Shown here piece after piece: positions 53,770 through 62,048 of a stretch of 64,000 nt of DNA. How positions within the stretch are numbered: the stretch's first letter is position 1; each line of letters begins with the position of its first letter. Location of the stretch: IMG/VR virus record IMGVR_UViG_3300038443_001477, positions 1 to 64,000 of that record. One strand, 5' to 3'. The notes below the pieces were generated by a model. It searched no databases and was not told where the DNA came from. It saw only the letters and a program-made list of their open reading frames with translations. A program made the position numbers and the translations under genes. This stretch comes from a virus (lineage: Duplodnaviria; Caudoviricetes).

Positions 53770-55346
53770 TTATCGACCGCAGGGCCGTCAGGGAGTTCCT
53801 CGCGCGGGAACTCGACTCGTATCTCTGGATGAAGGGCCTCAGCCGGGAGAAGATCCTCCGCGAGCTGAAGGCTCTGCGCGTGCCGCCGGTGTTTCACACC
53901 GACCCCTGGCTGCACCAGCTTGTTTGCTTCTGGATTGGGCTCTGTAAGCCCCGCTTCCTCTTCCTCCTGGACATGGGCCTGGGGAAGTCGAAGATCCTCT
54001 CCGACTTGATCCGGCACATCCAGCGCGAGAAGAAGCTGGAGCGGGCCCTCATCACCGTACCGCGGAAGCTCAACGTCGACTCCTGGGTCGACGACCTCGC
54101 TGTGCACCAGCCCGATCTGGAGCCCTGGCGCATCGACTGCTCCGACATCGAGGAGAAGCGGGAGCGCCTCCTCAATCCGCGCGGCGACGTCACCATCATC
54201 GACAACCAGGGCCTCCAGTGGGCGCTCTGTGATAAGGTGAAGATCGGCGGCAAAAAGAAGCGCAACGAGCTCCAGGTCAACGAGAAGGTGCTGAAGCGGG
54301 TGCTCAAGGAATACAACTTCCTCGGCATCGACGAGATTCACAAGTTCGCCAACAGGGAGAGCCTCTGGTACTCTTTCATGGACGACATGGCCCGCCGCAT
54401 GGACTATTGCTACGGCACGACGGGCACCCTCTTTGGCAAGAATCCCGAGGATGCGTGGCCGCAATTCCATCTCATCGACCGCGGTGAGGCCCTGGGGGAG
54501 ACCCTCGGCATTTTCCGCGCGGCTTTCTTCCATGCGAAGACCAAGCCCTTCAAGGGGGTCGTCTACGAGTTTGACAAGCGCATGGATGCGAAGCTGCACG
54601 AGGTCCTCCAGCACTCCAGCATCCGCTACGACGAGAACGAGGTCCCCGAGACCGACCTACCGCCTCGCGTCATGCGGGTGCATAAGTTGGAGATGTGCGA
54701 GGAGCAGCGTGAGCACTATTTGCACGCCCTGGAGGGCTTGGTAAACGCCGGTGGCAAGCTCCGCGATCTGGAGGCGCAGTGGCTGCGGATGCGGCAGATC
54801 ACCAGTGGCTACCTCGTGTGGAAGGATGAACACGGCGAGCACATAAAGCACTTCAAGGAGAACCCGAAGCTCGACGACCTGGAGGCCACCATTGACGGCA
54901 TGCGCGAGGGCCGGAAGATGATCGTCGCCTATGTCTACACCGAGAGCGGCCGCATCATCTGTGAGCGACTGAAGAAGCTCGGGATCGGCTTCGAGTGGCT
55001 CTACGGGGGCACCAAGGACCCCGCCGCTGCCCGGCGCCGCTTCATGCAGGACCCGAAGTGCAAGGTCTTCGTGATGAACGACGAAGCCGGGGGCACGGGC
55101 AACGACGGCCTGCAAAAGGTAGCCAATTCGCTTTACTTCTACGAGAGCCCCAGCGACCCCAAGGCCCGCCAACAAGTTCTTAAGCGGGCGCATCGCCCAG
55201 GCCAGACGCGCCGCACCTTTATCTATGACGCGGTGGTAAAGGGCTCGGTCGATGTCGGAATTCTGGATGGAATTGCGGAAGGCATTGACATGTACGACCG
55301 GGTGGTAAACGGTCGGGTGAGGTATAAGAATCTATTCTTAGGCTAG
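53766..55346 (+). CDS. SNF2-family helicase
   Basis: LDMGLGKS, DEIH, TGT, LRMRQITSG, NPKL..L, AGG.G..LQ, R.HRPGQ. Confidence 0.9.
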   Translation: MIIDRRAVREFLARELDSYLWMKGLSREKILRELKALRVPPVFHTDPWLHQLVCFWIGLCKPRFLFLLDMGLGKSKILSDLIRHIQREKKLERALITVPRKLNVDSWVDDLAVHQPDLEPWRIDCSDIEEKRERLLNPRGDVTIIDNQGLQWALCDKVKIGGKKKRNELQVNEKVLKRVLKEYNFLGIDEIHKFANRESLWYSFMDDMARRMDYCYGTTGTLFGKNPEDAWPQFHLIDRGEALGETLGIFRAAFFHAKTKPFKGVVYEFDKRMDAKLHEVLQHSSIRYDENEVPETDLPPRVMRVHKLEMCEEQREHYLHALEGLVNAGGKLRDLEAQWLRMRQITSGYLVWKDEHGEHIKHFKENPKLDDLEATIDGMREGRKMIVAYVYTESGRIICERLKKLGIGFEWLYGGTKDPAAARRRFMQDPKCKVFVMNDEAGGTGNDGLQKVANSLYFYESPSDPKARQQVLKRAHRPGQTRRTFIYDAVVKGSVDVGILDGIAEGIDMYDRVVNGRVRYKNLFLG

Positions 55347-55424
55347 CTGCGCCGGCATCGCCTACAATGCTCGTGCCCGTTAGAGGAGCGCAAAGCCCCG
55401 GCGGGTGTTCAGAGGATGGGATAC

Positions 55425-55688
55425 ATGAAAAACGACCACGGGGCGGCCTTTTTGCCGTCCGGATCGAGGAGTCGGGTCGAGACGAGCCCCACGGGCCGTC
55501 TCATTTCCGCCGAGCTCACGCTCGGCCTTCTATTGAAACAGCAGCAGCCGTGCCGCCCCTTGCAGGGCATGGTGCGGCTCCTGCAACACGGCGAGCGCGT
55601 GATCTCCCTGGAGATGGATTACTCCCAGGTCGAGGCGCGCATCTTCGCCGCATACCCCCAAGCTGCACAGCTCCTGAAGCGCCGATAA
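55425..55688 (+). CDS. small protein resembling a family A DNA polymerase palm fragment
   Basis: TGRL followed 38 aa later by DYSQVEARIFA; GAGGA RBS. Confidence 0.55.
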   Translation: MKNDHGAAFLPSGSRSRVETSPTGRLISAELTLGLLLKQQQPCRPLQGMVRLLQHGERVISLEMDYSQVEARIFAAYPQAAQLLKRR

Positions 55689-55704
55689 AGCGCTCCCCGC
55701 TGCC

Positions 55705-56733
55705 GTGCGCCCTATCGACTGGGCGCAGGTGCTCAGGGAGCACCGCGTCCACTTTGTAGAGAGCGGCCCCAACGTCAAGCGGGGCGAGTTGGCGATCAAG
55801 TGCCCCTTCTGCGGGAGCGCTGATCCCTCTCATCACATGGGCCTCAACCTGGAGACCGGTTGGTGGTCCTGCTGGCGCAACCGCGCCCAGCACTCGGGCA
55901 AGAGCCCGGTGCGGCTGCTCATGAAGCTCCTGCGCGTGCCCTATGGCCGCGCCAGGGAGATAGCGGGCCTTGGGGAGGACTATGTCGACCCCGAGGGCTT
56001 CGACGCCCTTGCTGCGCGTCTCCTGGGGCGCTCTGGCACGGAGGAGGCCCGGCCGGAACAGGTGCAGCGACGACGCCTGCACCTTGACGCCTCCTTCAAG
56101 GAGATAGGGCGGCGCTCCGCGCTGACTCGTCCCCACTGGGACTACCTCTATGAGCGTGGCTTCGATGGGCGCTCGGCCCTGGGCGAGGACGTCGATGTGC
56201 TCTGCGACGACTACCAGCTCCGCGCCGGCCTTCGCGGCCGCTTCCAGGGGCGCGTCGTGCTCCCCTACATCATGGATGGAGAGGTAGTCACATGGAGCGC
56301 CCGCGCGATCACAGCGAGCCGCTGGCGCTATCTGGACCTCGACATCGAAGACTCCATCCTCCCGCCCAAGGAGACCCTCTACAACCACGACGCCATCTAC
56401 TCGGGCGGCAAGGCCCTGGTCGTCGTGGAGGGCCCCTTTGACGCGCTGAAGCTCGACTTCTATGGGAAGCCCTGGGGCGTGCGCGCGGTCGCGCTCTCCA
56501 CCAACTCCATCACCGACGCCCAGGCCTATCTGCTCCAGGCCGCCGAGGACCACTTCGACCAGACGCTGGTGATGCTGGACAACGCCTCGGCTCTCGGCAT
56601 CGTCGACTCGATGCGGATGAAGCAGGAGCTCTCTTTCCTTCGGAATCTCTCCATCGTTGGGGTCCCCCATGGCGCGAAAGACGCCGGGGAGCTGAGGCCC
56701 CGACAGGTCATTCAGTGGGCGCAAGCCCTTTAG
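55705..56733 (+). CDS. DNA primase (Zn finger + TOPRIM)
   Basis: CPFCG...H.G.N....W.CW; RVVLPY; VVEGPFDAL; LD.D-like TOPRIM end. Confidence 0.85.
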   Translation: MRPIDWAQVLREHRVHFVESGPNVKRGELAIKCPFCGSADPSHHMGLNLETGWWSCWRNRAQHSGKSPVRLLMKLLRVPYGRAREIAGLGEDYVDPEGFDALAARLLGRSGTEEARPEQVQRRRLHLDASFKEIGRRSALTRPHWDYLYERGFDGRSALGEDVDVLCDDYQLRAGLRGRFQGRVVLPYIMDGEVVTWSARAITASRWRYLDLDIEDSILPPKETLYNHDAIYSGGKALVVVEGPFDALKLDFYGKPWGVRAVALSTNSITDAQAYLLQAAEDHFDQTLVMLDNASALGIVDSMRMKQELSFLRNLSIVGVPHGAKDAGELRPRQVIQWAQAL

Positions 56734-56747
56734 CCACAGAGGTACAC

Positions 56748-57131
56748 ATGGGTCTTTTCACTCCATATCTCAACACGCACTTCAGGAGCGGGGGTTGCCG
56801 GCTCATCGCCCGCGCCTATGACAAGTGCCGTGAGCGCCGCGTGCAGCTCTACGCCATCCCGGGCCACTACGACTGCGTCGGCGTCAGCGATGGCACCGAC
56901 GCCTGGGTTGCGCCCGCGAGCGCCGGCCTCTTCTTCGGAACCTCCAGCGGCGACTGCGCCGACATCATGCGCCGCCTCCAGGCGGGCGAGCCCTTGCCGC
57001 CCATTCCTGACTGGCCCGCTGATGTCCGTGAGGAGGAGCCCGCGCCCAGGCCTCGCGCCCAGCGCCGAGTCGCCCTGGAAGAAGCCGAAGAGATCACCCC
57101 GAGGAGGAAGAGCCGTGTCGCACTCGTTTGA
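56748..57131 (+). CDS. hypothetical protein
   Basis: GAGG RBS at ATG 56748. Confidence 0.6.
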   Translation: MGLFTPYLNTHFRSGGCRLIARAYDKCRERRVQLYAIPGHYDCVGVSDGTDAWVAPASAGLFFGTSSGDCADIMRRLQAGEPLPPIPDWPADVREEEPAPRPRAQRRVALEEAEEITPRRKSRVALV

Positions 57132-57684
57132 ACCCAGTTTCGAGGGCCCGATTGAGGGCTATGTGGTAAATGGCATGCGCGCCAATTATTTCCGCGTGCA
57201 AGCGACCATGACCCGCGAAGACTACATGCAGGAGGCCTACGAGGTCTTCCTCACGCTGCGCCGCCACTACGCCGGCAAGGTGGAGGAGCCTAAGCACTTC
57301 ATGGCGCTGTTCAAGCGGGCGTGGTCGAATCGGCTCGCTGACCTCTCGACCGAGGACACCAACCAGCGCGAACTCTTCCGCCCCGACCACGGCATCCAGC
57401 GCAGTGCCGAGGGTGAGGAGGAGCGCCAGTACGAGGCGCTGGGCGAGACAGATAACGAGGGCCATCTCCGAATCCTGATCCGTCAGGCTCCGCGCGAGGT
57501 GGGCATGGTGCTTAACCTATTCCTGAGTGCGCCCCAGGAACTCGTGGAGATGGCGCTCCGCTCCTGGAGCGGCAACAAAGACAGCCGCCGCAAAGACGGG
57601 GGCAGCGCCCACATCAACCGCCTCCTCGGCCTTGATCCGAGCCGTGACGTCATGCAGGAGGTTCACGATTACCTATCCGCGTGA
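57115..57684 (+). CDS. sigma-factor-like protein (region 2; no clear region 4)
   Basis: REDYMQEAYEVFL.....Y.......F..LF..AWSNRL.D resembles sigma70/ECF region 2; GAGGAGG RBS + GTG. Confidence 0.55.
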   Translation: MSHSFEPSFEGPIEGYVVNGMRANYFRVQATMTREDYMQEAYEVFLTLRRHYAGKVEEPKHFMALFKRAWSNRLADLSTEDTNQRELFRPDHGIQRSAEGEEERQYEALGETDNEGHLRILIRQAPREVGMVLNLFLSAPQELVEMALRSWSGNKDSRRKDGGSAHINRLLGLDPSRDVMQEVHDYLSA

Positions 57685-57754
57685 TAGCCGGTATAGCTGT
57701 CACAGCCCTTTGCGGCTGCATTCCCACCAACCAAACCCGGAGAACTCTGGACAA

Positions 57755-58819
57755 ATGAGCAAGATCGAGAAGGAGCTGGTCAAGGCGACCGGCGTGGAAG
57801 CGAAGAAGGGCGAAGCGCGGCCCGAGTTCCTGGCGCGCATGGCGAAGGCCGTGGCGGGCCTGGACGAGAAGGACTGGGAAGACCTCAGCGCCGAGGCCCA
57901 AGACTGGTACAACGCCAACGCCGACGCCCGCCAGAAGGCGAAGAAGGCGGGGGAGTCGATGCCGCCGTACACCGACTTCGCCGACGCCAAGCCGGACGTC
58001 GAGGAGGAGGAAGACGACCAGCCCTCGCGCCGCCGCCGCGGTTCCGACGAGGACAAGTCGGGGAAGGCCAAGGAGAACGCTCCGCCCAAGGGCGAGGCCA
58101 CCGCGGTCGAGAAGCTGGAGGAAGGCCAGCGCGTGAAGATCGTGACCAAGCGCGGCAAGGAGGTCGCGGGCGAGGTGGTCGAGAACTCCAAGCGGAAAGA
58201 GTACGTGGTGGTCAAGACGGCCGACGGCAAGGAGGAAGAGCTCGACTACGACCGCGTCGACTCCGTGGAGGTCTTCCACGGCACGGCGGGCACCGGCGGC
58301 GATGCCGGCGACGAGGACAAGGACGTCGGCCCCGGCATCGGCGACGAGGTGGAGCTGACCAACAAGCGCGGCAAGACCTTCCGGGGCAAGATCACCGAAC
58401 TCTCCGAGGAGGAGATCGTGATCGAGACCGACGACGGCCCCGAGGACTTCGCCCGCGACCGCATCACCGACATCAAGGTGACCAAGAAGGCCAAGGCCGG
58501 CGGCCCCAAGAAGGAAGACGCCAAGGGCGACGACGAGAAGGCCACCAAGGGCAAGGGCACCAAGAAGGACGACGACGGCGACGACAAGAAGACCCGCAGC
58601 CGCAGCAGCGACGAGGTCCCCATCGGCACCAAGATCAAGATCGCCATCGCCGAGAACCTCGACGCCGACGTCGGCGAGATCGCGGCCATCCTGAAGAAGG
58701 CCGGCGTCGAGGTGAAGGAGAACACCCTGGACCTCAACTTCAAGGAATGCCACAAGCTCCTGAAGGCACTGCACGAGCGCGACCTCCTCGCGGTCAAGAA
58801 GTTCACCCCCAAGGTCTAA
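57755..58819 (+). CDS. highly charged protein with two tandem Sm/SH3-like beta repeats
   Basis: G.RVKIVTKRGKEV.GEV.. and GDEVELTNKRGKTFRGKI.. repeats; strong codon bias suggests high expression. Confidence 0.7.
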   Translation: MSKIEKELVKATGVEAKKGEARPEFLARMAKAVAGLDEKDWEDLSAEAQDWYNANADARQKAKKAGESMPPYTDFADAKPDVEEEEDDQPSRRRRGSDEDKSGKAKENAPPKGEATAVEKLEEGQRVKIVTKRGKEVAGEVVENSKRKEYVVVKTADGKEEELDYDRVDSVEVFHGTAGTGGDAGDEDKDVGPGIGDEVELTNKRGKTFRGKITELSEEEIVIETDDGPEDFARDRITDIKVTKKAKAGGPKKEDAKGDDEKATKGKGTKKDDDGDDKKTRSRSSDEVPIGTKIKIAIAENLDADVGEIAAILKKAGVEVKENTLDLNFKECHKLLKALHERDLLAVKKFTPKV

Positions 58820-58855
58820 GCCGGCGGCCGCCTCGCGGCTGAGGGCATGACCCCG

Positions 58856-58895
58856 AGAGGCCCCGGTATAGCTACCGCGGGCCTCTTCTCTTTTT
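58856..58895 (+). terminator. intrinsic terminator whose loop carries GTATAGCT
   Basis: GAGGCCC-CGGTA-TAGC-TACCG-C-GGGCCTC then TTCTCTTTTT. Confidence 0.7.
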
Positions 58896-58910
58896 CTCAG
58901 GAGTGATTCA

Positions 58911-59618
58911 GTGACCAATCAACACGTGATCCTTTACAGCGGTGGCATGGACTCCTTCCTCCTCGCCCACCTCTTCCCCGACGCCGCCAAGGTGTACGTG
59001 GATGTCGGCTCCATCTATTCCGCCAAGGAGAAGGCCCACCTCCCGGCCGACGTGATGGTGGAGCGGGGCATCAACCTCGGGAAGTGGGAGCGCTCGGACG
59101 CCATCATCCCGGGCCGCAACGCCTTCATGGTACTCGCTGCCTCGCAATACGGCGACAACATCATGCTGGGGGCCACGGCCGGCGATCAGAGCCGCGACAA
59201 AGACGATACCTGGGCCAACATGATGACTGGCCTCCTCCGCTACATGTACAGCGGCAAGCACTTCGACCCCGAGCGTGACATGAGCGTGAGCCTCCCGATC
59301 AAGGACCTCACCAAGGCGGAGCTCGTGCAGCAGTACATGCGGGCTGGCGGCGCGATGCTCCCGCTCCGCGACACCATCTCCTGCTACCACCCCGAGCACC
59401 TGCACTGTGGCCGCTGCAAGAGCTGCCTCCGGAAGTGGGTGGCGCTGGAATGGAACCGCATTCCGAGTGGCGCCATCTGGGCCAGCGACCCCAGGGACCC
59501 CGCGAACTGGGTGGAGATCGTCAAGACGATCAAGGGTAAGGGCTGGCGCACCCTGAAGGAGGACGCGCAGACGCTCTCGGTGCTCCGCGAGCATGGCATC
59601 GTGGAGGATGCGGAATGA
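58911..59618 (+). CDS. queC: 7-cyano-7-deazaguanine synthase
   Basis: PP-loop LYSGGMDS, IPGRN, C-terminal CY......CGRCKSC..K; no GAT domain. Confidence 0.88.
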   Translation: MTNQHVILYSGGMDSFLLAHLFPDAAKVYVDVGSIYSAKEKAHLPADVMVERGINLGKWERSDAIIPGRNAFMVLAASQYGDNIMLGATAGDQSRDKDDTWANMMTGLLRYMYSGKHFDPERDMSVSLPIKDLTKAELVQQYMRAGGAMLPLRDTISCYHPEHLHCGRCKSCLRKWVALEWNRIPSGAIWASDPRDPANWVEIVKTIKGKGWRTLKEDAQTLSVLREHGIVEDAE

Positions 59619-60190
59619 CAGTGCGTGGCAAGCTCGCCAGCGCAGTCGCGGCGATGTTGACCGAGCTGGGCGAGGACCTGAACCGGCCGGGCCTGCTGGA
59701 GACGCCGGAGCGCGTGGCGAAGGCCTGGATCGAATGGACCTCGGGCAGCAACTACACCGACGATGACATCGCGCGGCTCCTCAAGGTCTTTCCCGAGGAG
59801 GAGGCCCAGGTCGACGAGATGGTAATCGTCCGCGACATCGAATTCTACAGCCACTGCGAACACCACATGGCCCCCTTCTTCGGCACGGCGCACGTCGCCT
59901 ACATCCCGGGCGAGAGCGGGGCCCTGGTGGGCCTCTCCAAGCTGGCGCGACTTGTCGACGTCTTCTCGCTGCGCCTCCAGGTGCAGGAGCGCATCACCAA
60001 CCAGATCGCCGATGCCCTGGAGAAACATCTGGGCGCCCATGGCGTCGGCGTGGTGATGCAGGCCAAGCACTTTTGCATGTGCAGTCGCGGCGTCGGCAAG
60101 CAGGGCAGCAGCACCGTCACCTCAGCCCTCCGAGGTGCGATGCGCCAGGGCTGGCAGCGAGCGGAGTTCTTCTCGCTGTTGAAGCAGTGA
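59615..60190 (+). CDS. folE: GTP cyclohydrolase I
   Basis: GLLETPERVAKA, S.CEHHM.PF.G..HVAYIP, GLSKL.R.V, R.QVQER.T, H.CM..RG. Confidence 0.95.
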   Translation: MTVRGKLASAVAAMLTELGEDLNRPGLLETPERVAKAWIEWTSGSNYTDDDIARLLKVFPEEEAQVDEMVIVRDIEFYSHCEHHMAPFFGTAHVAYIPGESGALVGLSKLARLVDVFSLRLQVQERITNQIADALEKHLGAHGVGVVMQAKHFCMCSRGVGKQGSSTVTSALRGAMRQGWQRAEFFSLLKQ

Positions 60191-61137
60191 TCCCGTGGGC
60201 CAGCACCGGAGCCCGGCCCTGGAGCTTCCGCGCCCTTAAAGAGGGTGGCTGGCTCCACTACCTCGGCTCCTATCACGAGAGAGAGAGCCTTCAAAGAGCC
60301 ATGTTGACACCTGACCAATTCCGCTTCTTCATCGACTCCGGCGCCTTCTCCGCGTGGAGCCGAGGCGCGCAGATCGACCTGGACGAATACATCGCCTTTG
60401 TGAAGGCGAACATCGACCACATCGACTGCTACGCGAACCTCGACGTCATCGCCGGGGAGCCGGGCCGCAATGCCACCAAGGCAGAGAAGGAAGAAGGAGC
60501 TCGGCGCTCCTGGGAGAACTACCTCTATATGCGCGCCGAGGGCCTGGACCCCATCCCGGTCTTCCACGTCGGCGAGGGCTGGTCCTGGCTCCAGAAGATG
60601 CTGGATCACGGCTGCACCTACATCGGCCTCGGCGGCATGGTGGGGAGCCACCTGACGCCGGTCCTGCGGCGCCAGTGGCTAGATGATGTGTTCGAGCGCA
60701 TCACCGACGCCGAGGGCTGGCCTCTTGTCAAGGTGCACGGCTTCGGCATGACAAGCGTCAAGCTCATCATGCGCTACCCCTGGTACAGCGTCGACTCGAC
60801 CACCTGGATCAAGATCACGCAGACAGGCGGCATCCTCTTCCCCGCCTACGACGCCAAGGCCGGCGCCTTCAGCTTCGACCGCACTCCGATGGTGGTCAGC
60901 GTGAGTGACCGCAACCCGAAGCAGACCGCCGACGGCCAGCACGCCAACTCCATGAGCCGCTCCATGCGGCTGCTCTTCGACCGCTGGCTCGCCGAATGCG
61001 GCAAGAGCTACGAACAGGTCCGCGAGCACTACTACCACCGCGCAGTCTGCAACGTGCACTTCTTCAAGCGCGTCAGCGAGGCCGCCGGGAAGCATCCCTT
61101 CAAGAAAGACCGCATCCGCAAACAACCCCTTTTCTAA
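60187..61137 (+). CDS. dpdA: DNA 7-deazaguanine transglycosylase (TGT-like)
   Basis: LGSYH, FIDSGAFSAW, NLDVI, IPVFH.GE, YIGLGG, VHGFG, YPWYSVDSTTW; GTGA overlap with folE. Confidence 0.8.
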   Translation: MIPWASTGARPWSFRALKEGGWLHYLGSYHERESLQRAMLTPDQFRFFIDSGAFSAWSRGAQIDLDEYIAFVKANIDHIDCYANLDVIAGEPGRNATKAEKEEGARRSWENYLYMRAEGLDPIPVFHVGEGWSWLQKMLDHGCTYIGLGGMVGSHLTPVLRRQWLDDVFERITDAEGWPLVKVHGFGMTSVKLIMRYPWYSVDSTTWIKITQTGGILFPAYDAKAGAFSFDRTPMVVSVSDRNPKQTADGQHANSMSRSMRLLFDRWLAECGKSYEQVREHYYHRAVCNVHFFKRVSEAAGKHPFKKDRIRKQPLF

Positions 61138-61147
61138 GGAGCGAGAC

Positions 61148-61669
61148 ATGACCAAGAGCGTCCAGTATTACGAGGAGATGGGCCGCGACCATGCACGCGC
61201 AGGCGCGAAAGCCGCCTCCTTCCCCAGGAGCGGCACGAGCTGGCAGGCCAAAGCCTACTGGAGGGGCCGTGACGCCGAGAATGCGGCGATCCAGGCCCGC
61301 AAGAGCAAGGACCCCGGCCCCGCGCCTGGGACGGCCCCTCGCGGCTCTCTGATGGGCATCGCCACCACGCGGCTGCCGTCGAAAAGCCCGGCGGAAATCC
61401 AGGCACCCAAGGCCTACCTCGACAAGCTGCGCGTCGTCAACTATCCGGCGCTGATGAAGCTGAGCGAGTACTGGCCCGCAGGCGCCAAGGAGCACGTGCG
61501 GCTCCTCGCCATGGACCACAACACCGAGCTGCGCCTCGGCCGGCGAGCGCGCCTGCATCGCGCAATCCGCCGCATGGTGCTGCGTCACGAGCCCTCCCGG
61601 CGCTCGCCCGGCAACTGGGCCGACATCGCCGCGGTGCCGATGTCCATGTCGCAGGCCTCGGCATCGTGA
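61148..61669 (+). CDS. hypothetical protein, N-terminus weakly Rmf-like
   Basis: AAGGAG RBS; YYE.G..HA.AG......P....W...YW.G. Confidence 0.55.
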   Translation: MTKSVQYYEEMGRDHARAGAKAASFPRSGTSWQAKAYWRGRDAENAAIQARKSKDPGPAPGTAPRGSLMGIATTRLPSKSPAEIQAPKAYLDKLRVVNYPALMKLSEYWPAGAKEHVRLLAMDHNTELRLGRRARLHRAIRRMVLRHEPSRRSPGNWADIAAVPMSMSQASAS

Positions 61670-61869
61670 AGATCTACATGGTCGCATCGGCCGTGCCGTC
61701 CTGGATGCGCACCGGATACGGCCACAGCCTCCTCGCGGGCGAGGCCTCAGACCTGCTGATCTCTTTCGAGGAGTTCAAGCGGCCGGGGGTTTCGCTCCCT
61801 GTCACCTCCGAGGTCATGGGCTCCTCCTACAACCCCAGCAAGGCGGACCCCGTGGAGGCCCCCTCGTGA
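61666..61869 (+). CDS. mini-protein resembling TGT/DpdA N-terminal segment
   Basis: MKIYMV...LLISF; GTGA overlaps. Confidence 0.5.
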   Translation: MKIYMVASAVPSWMRTGYGHSLLAGEASDLLISFEEFKRPGVSLPVTSEVMGSSYNPSKADPVEAPS

Positions 61870-62048
61870 GGATCTACCTTGTGCACGCGAAGGCGAACTA
61901 CGCCAGCGCTACCGATGGCCTTGTGAACGCGATGAGAGAGAGAGAGCACCCGCTGACTCTCTACTCTTTTGAGTTCCTGGTGGGCCGCCAGACCCTCCCC
62001 ATTCAAGAAGACCCGAAACCCAAGCAGGAAAGCCCTTCCAATGTCTGA
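61866..62048 (+). CDS. mini-protein resembling TGT/DpdA N-terminal segment (paralogue)
   Basis: MRIYLV...LYSF; GTGA overlap. Confidence 0.5.
   Translation: MRIYLVHAKANYASATDGLVNAMREREHPLTLYSFEFLVGRQTLPIQEDPKPKQESPSNV

Noticed and set aside
58856-58895. preQ1-I riboswitch-like look (AGAGG...TAGCTAC...CCTCT) upstream of queC
   Set aside because: Lacks the 3' A-rich tail needed for the aptamer; followed by a U-tract and better explained as terminator plus promoter motif
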